This document shows positions 30,253 through 41,905 of a stretch of DNA of 64,000 nucleotides, piece by piece. The number at the start of each line of letters is the position of its first letter. The first letter of the stretch is position 1. The position numbers and the translations under genes are program-made. This DNA is from an uncultured Actinomycetes bacterium (GTDB lineage Bacteria > Actinomycetota > UBA4738 > HRBIN12), in assembly GCA_963758715.1 (NCBI GenBank), contig CAVWWK010000008.1, positions 92,294-156,293 of the forward strand, in the 5' to 3' direction. The notes beneath the pieces are model-generated. The model was not told where the DNA came from. It was given only the letters and a program-made list of their open reading frames with translations, and ran no database searches.

Positions 30253-31122
30253 GTGGATCTGGTGTGTGTGGGCGACGTGATGCTGGATATCCGCGTCGAT
30301 GCCGACACGCTGAAGCGCGGCGGCGACGTCCACGGCCGTGTCGTGCTCCAGCCGGGCGGCACGTCGTCCAATGCCGCGGTGTGGGCCGCGTGGTCGGGGG
30401 CAAGCGTCCGTGTCCACGGGCGGATCGGCGACGACCTGCCGGGTCGGACGCTGCGTGCGGCGCTGGTCGAACGGGGGGTCGAGGCCGCGGTCGTCCTGGA
30501 TGCCGAAGCGCCGACCGGGACGATGCTGGTCCTGCACGAACCGGGGGAGCGCTCGATGGTTGCCGACCGCGGCGCGAACGCCCGCCTCGTGCCGGAGGAC
30601 CTGCCGGTCGCGATCGACGCCGGTGCGGTCTTGGTGTCCGGCTACCTGTTGTTGCACCGACAGGGACACGACGCGGCGATCGCGGCCCTCGAGCGGGCCC
30701 GGTCCCCGCTGGTGGCGGTCGAAACCGCCTCGTGGCCGCTGCTGGAGTCGTTCGGCGTGGAGCGGTTCTTCGCCGACACCGCGGGCGCGTCGGTGCTGCT
30801 TGCCAACGAGCGGGAGGCCATGACGTTGACCGGGCTCGAGGGCGGCGCCGCGGCGATGGCGCTCGGGGAGCGATATCGGGCCGCGGCCGTGAAACGCGGG
30901 GATCGGGGAGCGGTGCTCGTCGTCGACGGGGCGCGGTTCGACGAGCCGGCGGAGGAGGTCGTCGAGCGTGATCCGACGGGCGCTGGGGACGCGTTCGACG
31001 GCGTGCTTCTGGCCGCGTTGGCGCGCGGCGCCGAGCCGGCGGACGCGCTCGCGCGCGCATGTCACGCGGGGGCGTCGGTCGCCGCGAGCATGGATGCGTG
31101 GCCCGAGGAAGGAGCCCGATGA
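30253..31122 (+). CDS. PfkB family kinase, probable pseudouridine kinase
   Basis: PGGTSSNAA, ANERE, DPTGAGDAF; translationally coupled to psuG. Confidence 0.85.
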   Translation: MDLVCVGDVMLDIRVDADTLKRGGDVHGRVVLQPGGTSSNAAVWAAWSGASVRVHGRIGDDLPGRTLRAALVERGVEAAVVLDAEAPTGTMLVLHEPGERSMVADRGANARLVPEDLPVAIDAGAVLVSGYLLLHRQGHDAAIAALERARSPLVAVETASWPLLESFGVERFFADTAGASVLLANEREAMTLTGLEGGAAAMALGERYRAAAVKRGDRGAVLVVDGARFDEPAEEVVERDPTGAGDAFDGVLLAALARGAEPADALARACHAGASVAASMDAWPEEGAR

Positions 31123-32028
31123 TCGAGCCGTTCGTGGTGCGGGCCGAGGTCCGCGATGGGCTTGGGGATGGTCGCGGGGTGGTCGCGCTGGAGACCAGCG
31201 TGATCGGTCAGGGTCTGCCCCCTCCCCGCAACTGGGAGTGCGTGGAGCGGATGAGCGCCGCGATCCGCGCCGCCGACGCCGTCCCCGCATGGATCGGCGT
31301 CATCGGCGGGTCGGTCGTCGTAGGCCTCAGCCTCGATGAGCTCCGGCGGTTCGCGGAGCCGGGGACGGCCACGAAGGTGGCACGCCGGGACCACCCGGTC
31401 GCCGTGGCGCGGGGTTCGCTCGGCGCCACCACCGTCAGCGCCACGATCTGGGCCGCGGCGCGCGCCGGGGTGACGGTGGGCGCGACCGGCGGCATCGGAG
31501 GGGTGCACCCCGGTGAGGACCCCGACGTCAGTGCGGACCTGCTGGAGCTGGCCCGGACGCCGGGCATGTTGGTGTGCTCCGGGCCGAAGTCGATCATCGA
31601 CCCGGCCGCCACTTCGGAGAAGCTGGAGGAGCTGGGTGTCGCCCTGATCGGCTTCGGCGTGGACAGGCTGCCGTTCTTCCTGGCCACGGGATCCCCGGTC
31701 GAGCTCGAGCACCGTGTCGACTCGCCCCCCGAGGCGGCCGCGATCCTCCAGGCGTCGCTGGCGCTGGGAACGAGGTCGACGTTGCTCCTGTGCAACCCCG
31801 TTCCGGCGGCGAACGGCGATGGACGCCGGCGAGGTCGCCGATGCGGCCCGTGAGGCGGAGGCCCGGGCCGATCGAGCGGGCGTCCACGGCAAGGCCCGAA
31901 CACCGTTCCTGCTCTCGGCGCTCGCCGAGCTCACGGGTGGCCGGAGCCTGGAGGCGAACCTCGCGCTGCTGGAGGACAACGCCCGGGTCGCGGGCGCGAT
32001 CGCGTCGTCGTCGGCCGGCCTCACGTGA
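31119..32028 (+). CDS. psuG: Pseudouridine-5'-phosphate glycosidase (frameshift near 31815)
   Basis: VALETSVI, GATTVSAT, ATGGIGGVH, DVSADL, CSGPKSIID, GKARTPFLL. Confidence 0.9.
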
Positions 32029-32636
32029 GGGGCGAGGACCCGGCGCGGATCCGCCGAGCGGCGTGGGGCGGCGTCGCAGGGCCGGTGGGGTTCCTCGCCG
32101 TGTCGTTCCTGATGGCAGCGCTGCGGCCGGAGATCATCGAATCCCAGGGATGGGCGAGCTGGCCGAGCAGCATGGCGCTTGGCGGGCCCCCCGCCGCGCC
32201 GGCGCAGATCGCGGCGTTCCTGTGGCTGACCCTGTGCTACTCGGTGTTCGCGCTCGGCGCGCTCCGGCCGTTGTTCGGCTGGGGTCTGGCCGCCGGTGGC
32301 TACCTCGCGATCGGGGCCGGCGACGCGCTGCTCGCGTTCCCCACCGACGAGCCCGGCGTGCCCACGTCGTGGCACGGGATCGTGCATCTCACCGGCGTGG
32401 TGGTGGTGACGGTGGCGACCCTCGTCGCGGTGGCCGGCGTGACGCTCTCCACCCGGGAGAGCCCGGCGTGGCGTCCGTGGCGTGCCGTTGCGTGGATCCC
32501 GTTCGTCGCGACACTCGTCGGGGTCGTCGCTGGCTTCGATCAGGGGTGGGCGAAGGTCGTCTACGTGGTGGGGATCACGGCGCCGGGCGCGGTCGCCGGT
32601 TGGCTCGTGCGCCGCGAGGCGGGAGGCTTCACCTGA
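32025..32636 (+). CDS. DUF998-like membrane protein
   Basis: About 6 hydrophobic segments, FPTD..SWHG..H. Confidence 0.65.
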   Translation: MRGEDPARIRRAAWGGVAGPVGFLAVSFLMAALRPEIIESQGWASWPSSMALGGPPAAPAQIAAFLWLTLCYSVFALGALRPLFGWGLAAGGYLAIGAGDALLAFPTDEPGVPTSWHGIVHLTGVVVVTVATLVAVAGVTLSTRESPAWRPWRAVAWIPFVATLVGVVAGFDQGWAKVVYVVGITAPGAVAGWLVRREAGGFT

Positions 32637-32661
32637 GGCCAAGCTTCACCTAGCACAGGCT

Positions 32662-34925
<2,264 letters not shown>

Positions 34926-34978
34926 CTACCCGGCGCCCGGTCCCGCCCCGCTTCGGCTCGCTCGGATGGGGTGCGGCC

Positions 34979-36230
34979 TCAGGCGAGGTCGGCGAGCGCC
35001 TCGAGCACGCGATCGACCTCGTCGGGTGTGTGGTAGTGACAGAAGCCGATCCGCACGGCGCCGCCCGAGTCCAGGATCCCGAGCCGCTCGAACAGCTCCA
35101 TCGCGTAGTAGTGCCCGTCCCACGTGAAGATGCCGCGCTCGCCGAGCGCCTTGGCGGTCTCGCGCGGATGCTGGTCGCCGAGCCGCACCGCGAACGTCGG
35201 CGTCCGCTCGTCGAGCCGGTCGGTCCCGGGGATGCCGTAGAGCCTCGCCGCGGGGATCGAGGCCAGGCCCTCCAGGAACCGTCCGGCGAGGACGACGCTC
35301 GTGCTCGCCGATGGCCTCGAACGCGCTCCTGACCGCCGCCGAGCGGCTGTCGCCTGCACGCGACCCGGTCTGCGCGTCCGAGGTCGGCCAGGTAGTCGAC
35401 CGAGGCGATGAAGCCCGCGAGGCCCTCGTGGTTCTGGGTGCCGGTCTCCCATCGCTCGGCCGGCGGGTAGTGCTCGGCCGGCCGGACGCGGTAGGCCTCC
35501 CATCCGTCCAGGACGCTCGGGGCCGGCGGCGACCATGCCCAGGTGCGGGCCGAAAACCTTGTACGGGGACAGCGTGACGAGGTCCGCTCCCAGCTCGGAG
35601 AAGCCGATGGCGCGGTGCTGCGCGACGTGCACGCCGTCGGCCACGACGAGCGCCCCTGCCTCCTTCGCCTTAGCGATCAGCTCTTGCGCGGGGGTCACGG
35701 TGCCCACGCCGTTGGACGCGAGTGTGATCGCCACCAACGCGGGCCGCTCGGCGAGCGCCGCGTCGAAGGAGTCCAGGTCGATCGTGGCGTCCTCGGTGCG
35801 GATGTCCACCCAACGCACGGCGGCTCCCGCGTCGCGGGCGGCCAGCACCCAGGGTCGGATGTTCGCGTCGTGGTCGAGCCGGGTGACGACCACCGAGTCG
35901 CCCGGGCCGATCGTCTGAGAGAACGAGCGCGACAGGTGGAACAGCAGCGAGGTCGAGTTGGCCCCGAAGACGATCTGGCCGGGCTCGGCACCGATCAGGT
36001 CGGCGCCGGCTCGGCGCGCGATCCGCGACGAGCTCCTCGGTCTCCTGGCTCGTCACGAACGCCCCGTCGAGGTTGCTGATGCCGTCCCGATACCGCCGAG
36101 CGACCGCCTCGATCACCGTGTCGGGAACCTGCGAGCCGCCCGGTGCATCGGCGAACACCACCGGCCGACCGTCGTGCATGCGAGCGAGGGACGGGAACCG
36201 CGCCCGAACCGAGGAGACGTCGAAGGTCAT
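34979..36230 (-). CDS. Cysteine desulfurase-like PLP protein (Rv3778c/VC1184 subfamily), frameshifted
   Basis: DAPGGSQVP, LDHDANIRPW, SPYKVFGPH, RTPT, GAVRIG..HY. Confidence 0.85.
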
Positions 36231-36306
36231 CTTGGGCATACACTCCCGCGACGAGAGGCGGGGCGACAACTCCGGCCCCGACCTGGGTTTGCCTGGGAGG
36301 ATCCCG

Positions 36307-37137
36307 ATGCGGTTCGGTCTGGACATCGCACAGCATCAGCTCACGTGGCACGAGATAGTGCGCCGAGCGCGGCTTGCCGAGGACTCCGGTCTGGACGGCG
36401 TGTGGGTCTTCGACCACTTCAAAGCCCTCTACGCGGACCCGATGGGCCCGTCGCTGGAAGCGTGGACCCTTCTCGCCGGCCTGGCGAGGGAGACCGGCGC
36501 GATCCGCCTTGGCACGCTCGTCACCGGCATGACCCACCGCCATCCGTCGGTGCTGGCCGCCGAGGTCGTCACCGTCGACCATCTGTCGAACGGTCGCGTC
36601 GAGTGCGCGGTCGGCGCAGCGTGGAACGAGCAGGAACATCGCGAGCTCGGGATCGGGTTCCCGCCGGCCGCCGAACGCCTTGACAGGCTCGAAGAGGGCG
36701 TCCAGGCCATGAAGAGGCTGTTCACGGAGGATCACGTGACGTTCGAGGGGCGCACGATCCAGCTTCGGGACGCGACCTATCATCCTCGACCCGTCCAGCT
36801 GCCGCATCCGCCGATCTGGATCGGTGGCACGGGACGCCGTCGCACGCTGCCGATCGCCGGGCGCGAGGCCGACGTTTGGCACGGCTGGGCGGACGACGCG
36901 GCTGAGTACCGCGAGATCCGAGACATCGTCGATCGCGCGGCCGAGGAGGTCGGCCGCGATCCTGCGTCCATCCTTCGGGCCTCCAGCCTGTCGATCAGTG
37001 AGGACTGGCAAACCGTTCGGGCCGAGTACGAGTGGATGGCCGCCGAGGGGATCGGCTACCTGGTGATCGAATGGCCGGGGGAGGGGGAGCGCCGCGTGCA
37101 GGAGTTCCTCGAAGAGGTCATGCCGGACCTCGGCTGA
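36307..37137 (+). CDS. LLM class (F420-dependent type) oxidoreductase
   Basis: FDHF, LGTLVTG..HRHP, PPIWIGG. Confidence 0.88.
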   Translation: MRFGLDIAQHQLTWHEIVRRARLAEDSGLDGVWVFDHFKALYADPMGPSLEAWTLLAGLARETGAIRLGTLVTGMTHRHPSVLAAEVVTVDHLSNGRVECAVGAAWNEQEHRELGIGFPPAAERLDRLEEGVQAMKRLFTEDHVTFEGRTIQLRDATYHPRPVQLPHPPIWIGGTGRRRTLPIAGREADVWHGWADDAAEYREIRDIVDRAAEEVGRDPASILRASSLSISEDWQTVRAEYEWMAAEGIGYLVIEWPGEGERRVQEFLEEVMPDLG

Positions 37138-37173
37138 TCGTGCGCCCGGCGTCGGCGCGCGAGCCCGGACACA

Positions 37174-37199
37174 GCGAGGGCGCCCGAAGGCGCCCTCGC
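37174..37199. terminator. Hairpin between convergent genes
   Basis: GCGAGGGCGCC-CGAA-GGCGCCCTCGC; UUCG loop on the minus strand. Confidence 0.75.
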
Positions 37200-37221
37200 C
37201 GAGCTCGTACTCGTCAGGCGC

Positions 37222-38085
37222 TCAGCCGCTGCGGGCCAGCTCCGACCGGAGGGTGTCGGCCGTCAGGGCCTCGGTGCGGGCCCGCAGGTCCAGGTACAGC
37301 AGGACCGTCACCAGCGCGGTGAACGGCGCGGTGATGATCTGGGCGATCGCCGAGAAGATCCAGGCGAGGAACCAGTTGTCACCGCCGATCGCGCTCAGGA
37401 TCGCGCTGATCACGGCGGCGATGATGAAGGCCACGATGATCACGCCCAGCGCGTGCCAGAAGTGTCCCTTCGCCAGGTTCCAGGAGCGGCTCATCGCGTC
37501 GGTGCCTCGCCGGTTCTCCACGACCAGCGCCGGGATGCTCACCGAGAACAGCACCAGGAAGATGATCCCGGGGATGATCAGCAGCAGGAACCCGAAGCCG
37601 ACCGCGAGTCCGACCAGGATCGAGACCAGCAGGACGCTGCCGAACCGCGCGAACCCCCATCGATAGGAGGCGTCGATGTCGACGGGGTCGCCGATGCTGG
37701 CCTGGGCCGCCGCGCGCATGATGGCGGCCTGGAGCACCGACGAGATGATGACCGCGACGGCCGCGGCGATCAGGGCAACGATGATCGAAACTCCCGCGCT
37801 CCGGGTGGTGGTCTCGATCTCCTCACCGAACAACACGATGGTCTCGGTCTCGGGCGCAAAGACGACCCCCGACAGGAATGCGCCGATGAACGAGAGGGGC
37901 ACCACGACCACTGCCACGATCATGAGCAGGCCGGCGGCGTTGGCCTTGTAGATCTCGAACGCGGCGCTGAGGATGTCGCCCAGCCCGCGTTGGGGAAGGG
38001 TCGGTCCCCCGGCTGCGCCTCCCTGGCCGCCAGGTGGCGGAGGTGGCGGAGGTGGCGGGGTGGTGAATCCACCCGAATCGTCCAT
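37222..38085 (-). CDS. Integral membrane protein with proline-rich N-terminus
   Basis: Poly-Pro tract, about 6 TM segments, LLIIPGI, AMSRSW.L.KG..W, LLYLDLRAR. Confidence 0.8.
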   Translation of the reverse strand: MDDSGGFTTPPPPPPPPPGGQGGAAGGPTLPQRGLGDILSAAFEIYKANAAGLLMIVAVVVVPLSFIGAFLSGVVFAPETETIVLFGEEIETTTRSAGVSIIVALIAAAVAVIISSVLQAAIMRAAAQASIGDPVDIDASYRWGFARFGSVLLVSILVGLAVGFGFLLLIIPGIIFLVLFSVSIPALVVENRRGTDAMSRSWNLAKGHFWHALGVIIVAFIIAAVISAILSAIGGDNWFLAWIFSAIAQIITAPFTALVTVLLYLDLRARTEALTADTLRSELARSG

Positions 38086-38161
38086 GGAAGGATCCCCCTT
38101 CTCGGAAAAGGTCGGCCGCATCGTACGCCCGGGTTTCCCGGATGTGTGGGAGATGGGCGAT

Positions 38162-38790
38162 TCAGGCGGAGATCGACGATCTCCCATCCCGGCGCGAGCC
38201 GGGCGGCTCCCAGGCGGGGTCGGGCCGCCAGTCCTCCCAATCGAGATCGAACGGTGGTTCCCGGAGCAGGACGTGCTCGATCGCGCGTTCGCCCGCCCAG
38301 CGGATGCCCTGGGCGTGCGCCTCGGACACCAGGCCTCGGGCCACCGCCTCGGCGAGCTCGGCCTCGTCCTTCCATTCGTAGGTCGACCGATCGAGGGGGA
38401 TCCGCACGTCCAGGAACCAGTCCGTGTAGTCGAACCCTCCCTCCCACGGGTGGAGCGGGGACTCGATGTTGACGTAGTACGCGGTGAACCGGCCCTCGGC
38501 GTCGGTGCTCATCAGCACGGCGTACGCCGATTCGGGGAACGCGAACGAGAGCACGCCGCGATCGCGAACACCGGGTTCGAGCTCCCATGGGCCGTCCAGG
38601 AAGCGCACCTCGCCGTGTTCACGAGGGTCGTTCATCCACCGGGTTCCGGGCGCGAACCAGAACGCCCGGTGATGGTGGGGGATGTCCTCGACCACTCGGA
38701 CGGGCCGCGCGGCGATGACGCGGCCCTGCCAGACCTCACGCAGGGTGAGAGCCTCGCCCGCGCTCGCGTGCGGGAGGAGGATCGTCGGTG
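38162..38790 (-). CDS. DUF402 family protein
   Basis: YYVNIE.P, TDWFLDV, WKDEAE; start uncertain. Confidence 0.75.
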
Positions 38791-38791
38791 G

Positions 38792-40055
38792 CTAGGCCAC
38801 TCGCTCGCGCAGGGCCGTGAGGATCCGCTCCGCCGCCCAGTCCAGGTCCTCCTGACTCACGCACAAGCGGCGGGGCCAGCCGCACGGTGGTCTCGTGCGT
38901 GTCCTTGGCGAGCACGCCCATGTCCAGCAGCCGCTCGCACACCTGCCGAGCCGGCGCGGCCGTCGGGCGTGAGCTCGATGCCGATCCACAGGCCCCTGCC
39001 GCGGATCTCGCTGACTGCTCCGGGAGGGCCTCCGCGCGGAGCCGCTCGATCAACGCGGTGCCCAGCTCGTCGGCCTTCCGCTGGTACTCGCCCGTCCGCA
39101 GCAACCGCAGCACCTCGAGCCCAACCGCACAGGCGAGCGGGTTGCCTCCGAAGGTCGAACCGTGCTCGCCCGGGCCGGAAGACCCCGAGCACGTCCCGCG
39201 TGGACACGACGGCGCTCACCGGCACGATGCCGCCGCCCAGCGCCTTGCCCAGCACGTACACGTCGGGCCGCACGCCTTCGTGCTCGCAGGCGAACGTGCG
39301 TCCGGTGCGGCCCAGGCCCGACTGGATCTCGTCGGCGATCAACAGCACCCGGTGTTCGGTGCAGAGCTCGCGCGCCCGGCGCAGGTAGCCCTCGGGCGGC
39401 ACGATGACGCCCGCCTCGCCCTGGATCGGCTCCACCAGGAACCCGACGACCTCCGGGTCGGCGAGCGCGGTCTCGAGCGCATCGGCGTCGCCGTAGGGCA
39501 CGGTCTCGAACCCGGGTGTGAACGGACCGAATCCTGCGCGGGCGTCGGGTCGGTCGAGAAGCTCACGATCGAGATCGTCCGGCCGTGGAAGTTGCCGCTG
39601 CAGGTCACGATCTTCGCGCGGTCCTCGGCGACGCCCTTGACGTCGTAGCCCCATCGGCGTGCGGTCTTGACGGCGGTCTCGATGGCCTCGGCGCCCGTGT
39701 TCATGGGCAGGACCATCTCCATGCCGCAGAGCTCGGCCAGCCCCTTGCAGAACGGCCCGAGCTTGTCGTTGTGGAACGCGCGGGAGGTGAGCGTGACGTG
39801 GTCGAGCTGGGCGCGCGCGGCCGCGATCAGGTCGGGGTGGCGGTGCCCGAAGTTCAGGGCCGAGTAGGCGGCCAGCATGTCGAGGTATCGCTTGCCTTCG
39901 ACGTCGGTGACCCAGGCGCCCTCGGCGTCGGCGACGACCACCGGCAGCGGATGGTAGTTGTGCGCCGAATACCGCTCGACGAGCTCGATCTGCGCCTCGG
40001 ACGAAGCGGGCGCAGCGGGGGAGAGCTGCTCGTTCGGATCGGCGACCGTCGTCAT
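38792..40055 (-). CDS. rocD: Ornithine aminotransferase (frameshifted)
   Basis: [54 protein letters not shown]. Confidence 0.92.
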
Positions 40056-40120
40056 GACCAGCATGATACGGGCCGCCATCGCTCCGCGGGGCCCGGTCTC
40101 GAGCCCGCTCCTGGGTCGTC

Positions 40121-40176
40121 TTGACGGATGTCGGAGCCCGGGCGTACATTCATCCTCCGCTCGAACACATGTTCGA
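40121..40176 (+). promoter_or_regulatory. DNA-damage promoter: PafBC-type motif plus LexA SOS box
   Basis: TTGACG 40121; TGTCGG 40129-40134, N10, TACATT 40145-40150; TCGAAC-ACAT-GTTCGA 40161-40176. Confidence 0.85.
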
Positions 40177-40222
40177 TTCCGTGTCCGTGAGGCCGATCAC
40201 GTCGAGCCAAAGAAGGGCAGCC

Positions 40223-40467
40223 GTGACGAAGCGATTCGACGAAGAGATCAGGGTCGAACGTGACACCGGCATGCCAGCGCGTTCGAGTGGCGAGGCAACC
40301 GCTACGAGGTCGTCGACGTGATCGGCAGGTGGCGGATCGAGGGCCGGTGGTGGTCCGACGGCCGCGACCGTGAGTACTGGCGCGTCGAGGCGCGCGGCGG
40401 CGCGGTCTGGGACCTGTACTTCGACCGCGGCCGCGACCGCTGGCACATGGAGCGCCTATGGGACTAG
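40223..40467 (+). CDS. DUF6504 family small protein (frameshift near 40278), not in ORF track as such
   Basis: FEWRGNRYEVVDVIGRWRIEGRWW..EYWRVE..WDL..WHMERLWD. Confidence 0.8.
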
Positions 40468-40510
40468 CGCTCAAGCAGCCAGGCGGTAGCGCATGAAGGT
40501 AGCGTGGCCG

Positions 40511-41199
40511 ATGAGCATGGTGCGTGTCATCCCGTTCCTGGTCTCCGAGCTGCGGCTGCCCGCCGACGAACAGGCGGAGCTCGGGGCCGAGTGGTGGCCG
40601 TCGTACGGGCACGCCGTCGAGCACCGCGACGGGATCTTCCTGTTCGACAACGGCACCGGCTTCGGCAACGCCGAGATCGAGGAGACCTTCTCGCCCCGCG
40701 TCCGACCGGTCGAGGATGCCCTCGGCAGGCCGGCATCTCGCTCGGCGATGTGACGGCGGCAGCCAACTGCCATCTGCACTTCGACCACTGCGGGCAGAAC
40801 ACCCGGCTCCGAGGCATGCCGATCTTCGTGCAGCGCACCGAGTGGGCCATGGTCCACGAGCCCGACTACACGGTCCCCGAATGGGTCGACGTCCCCGGGC
40901 TCGACTACGAGCTCCTCGACGGCGAGACCGAGGTGGCTCCCGGCATCCGGCTGGTGCCGACGCCCGGGCACACCGCGGGCCACCAGTCGTTGGTCATCGA
41001 CACGCCCGACGGCGCGATCGTCCTCGCGGGCCAGGCGGTGCAGTCTCGCGACGAGTGGGAGGGAGCCGATGCCCCCGAGGCGTCGGGGCGATCGAGCGCG
41101 CCCGACCCCGCCGCATATGCGCGGTCGATCGACCGGTTGCGCCTGCTCGACCCGGTGCGCGTGCACTTCGCGCACGACCCGTCGGTCTGGGAACGCTGA
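40511..41199 (+). CDS. MBL-fold hydrolase (AHL-lactonase-like), frameshift near 40730
   Basis: CHLHFDHCG, TPGHTAGHQS, FAHD. Confidence 0.82.
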
Positions 41200-41210
41200 G
41201 GCACGCCCCG

Positions 41211-41612
41211 CTAGGGGACGGTGTCGAAACCTTCCCGGCGGAAGTCGGGATCGAAGGCGAACGCTCGATCGATGCGTTCGGTGCGCATCAGCTCGAAGCT
41301 CGCCCGGTCGACGAACGAGACCCGCCGGTTCAGGCCTGCGAGGAAGGCGATGGTCGCTCGCTGGTGCAGCTCGCCATCGACGAACGCGACCTCGCATGCG
41401 GGCAACACGTCGTCGATCAACAGCCTGACCGCAGTGGAGCCGAGGCGGGCGTGTACCAGTGCGATCGTTTCGACCACGACGTAATTGTGGGTACGCAACC
41501 GTTCGGGCTCGACGCCGGAGGCCTCCTCGAGCCACACCATCGCGGGCTCATGCGCAGGGTCGGCATCGTCGATGAGCGCGTACAGCGCCGAGGAATCGAC
41601 GAAGGTCGTCAT
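41211..41612 (-). CDS. vapC: PIN-domain toxin
   Basis: FVDSSA, VVVET, SFVD, AFDPDF. Confidence 0.9.
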   Translation of the reverse strand: MTTFVDSSALYALIDDADPAHEPAMVWLEEASGVEPERLRTHNYVVVETIALVHARLGSTAVRLLIDDVLPACEVAFVDGELHQRATIAFLAGLNRRVSFVDRASFELMRTERIDRAFAFDPDFRREGFDTVP

Positions 41613-41875
41613 CGCTTGTGCAGGTCTTCCTCGAGGATCTCAGCGAGGTACTCGTCGTGTCGGAGGCTGACGTCGGTCTTGCCTTCGCGGTCACGGAAGC
41701 CTCCACGCTTGACGGCGGCGAGTGCCCGGGCGAACCGTTCGGCTCGGTCGTCGCGATCGGGTGCACGGTCGATCAGGTCGCGGATGACCTCGGCCATCGA
41801 GACCCCGCGATCCGACGCGAGCCGCTTGGTCTTCTCAGCCTGCGCCTCCGTCAGCTGGATCTGCGTTCTGATCAT
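41609..41875 (-). CDS. Ribbon-helix-helix (CopG-like) antitoxin
   Basis: MIRTQIQLTE..GVSMAEVIR..HDEYL; 4-bp overlap with vapC. Confidence 0.85.
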   Translation of the reverse strand: MIRTQIQLTEAQAEKTKRLASDRGVSMAEVIRDLIDRAPDRDDRAERFARALAAVKRGGFRDREGKTDVSLRHDEYLAEILEEDLHKR

Positions 41876-41905
41876 GGTGATTACACGATAACACTCGATG
41901 ACATC

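Noticed and set aside
38028-38062. GGTGGCGGA tandem repeat
   Set aside because: Encodes the poly-proline tract of the membrane protein
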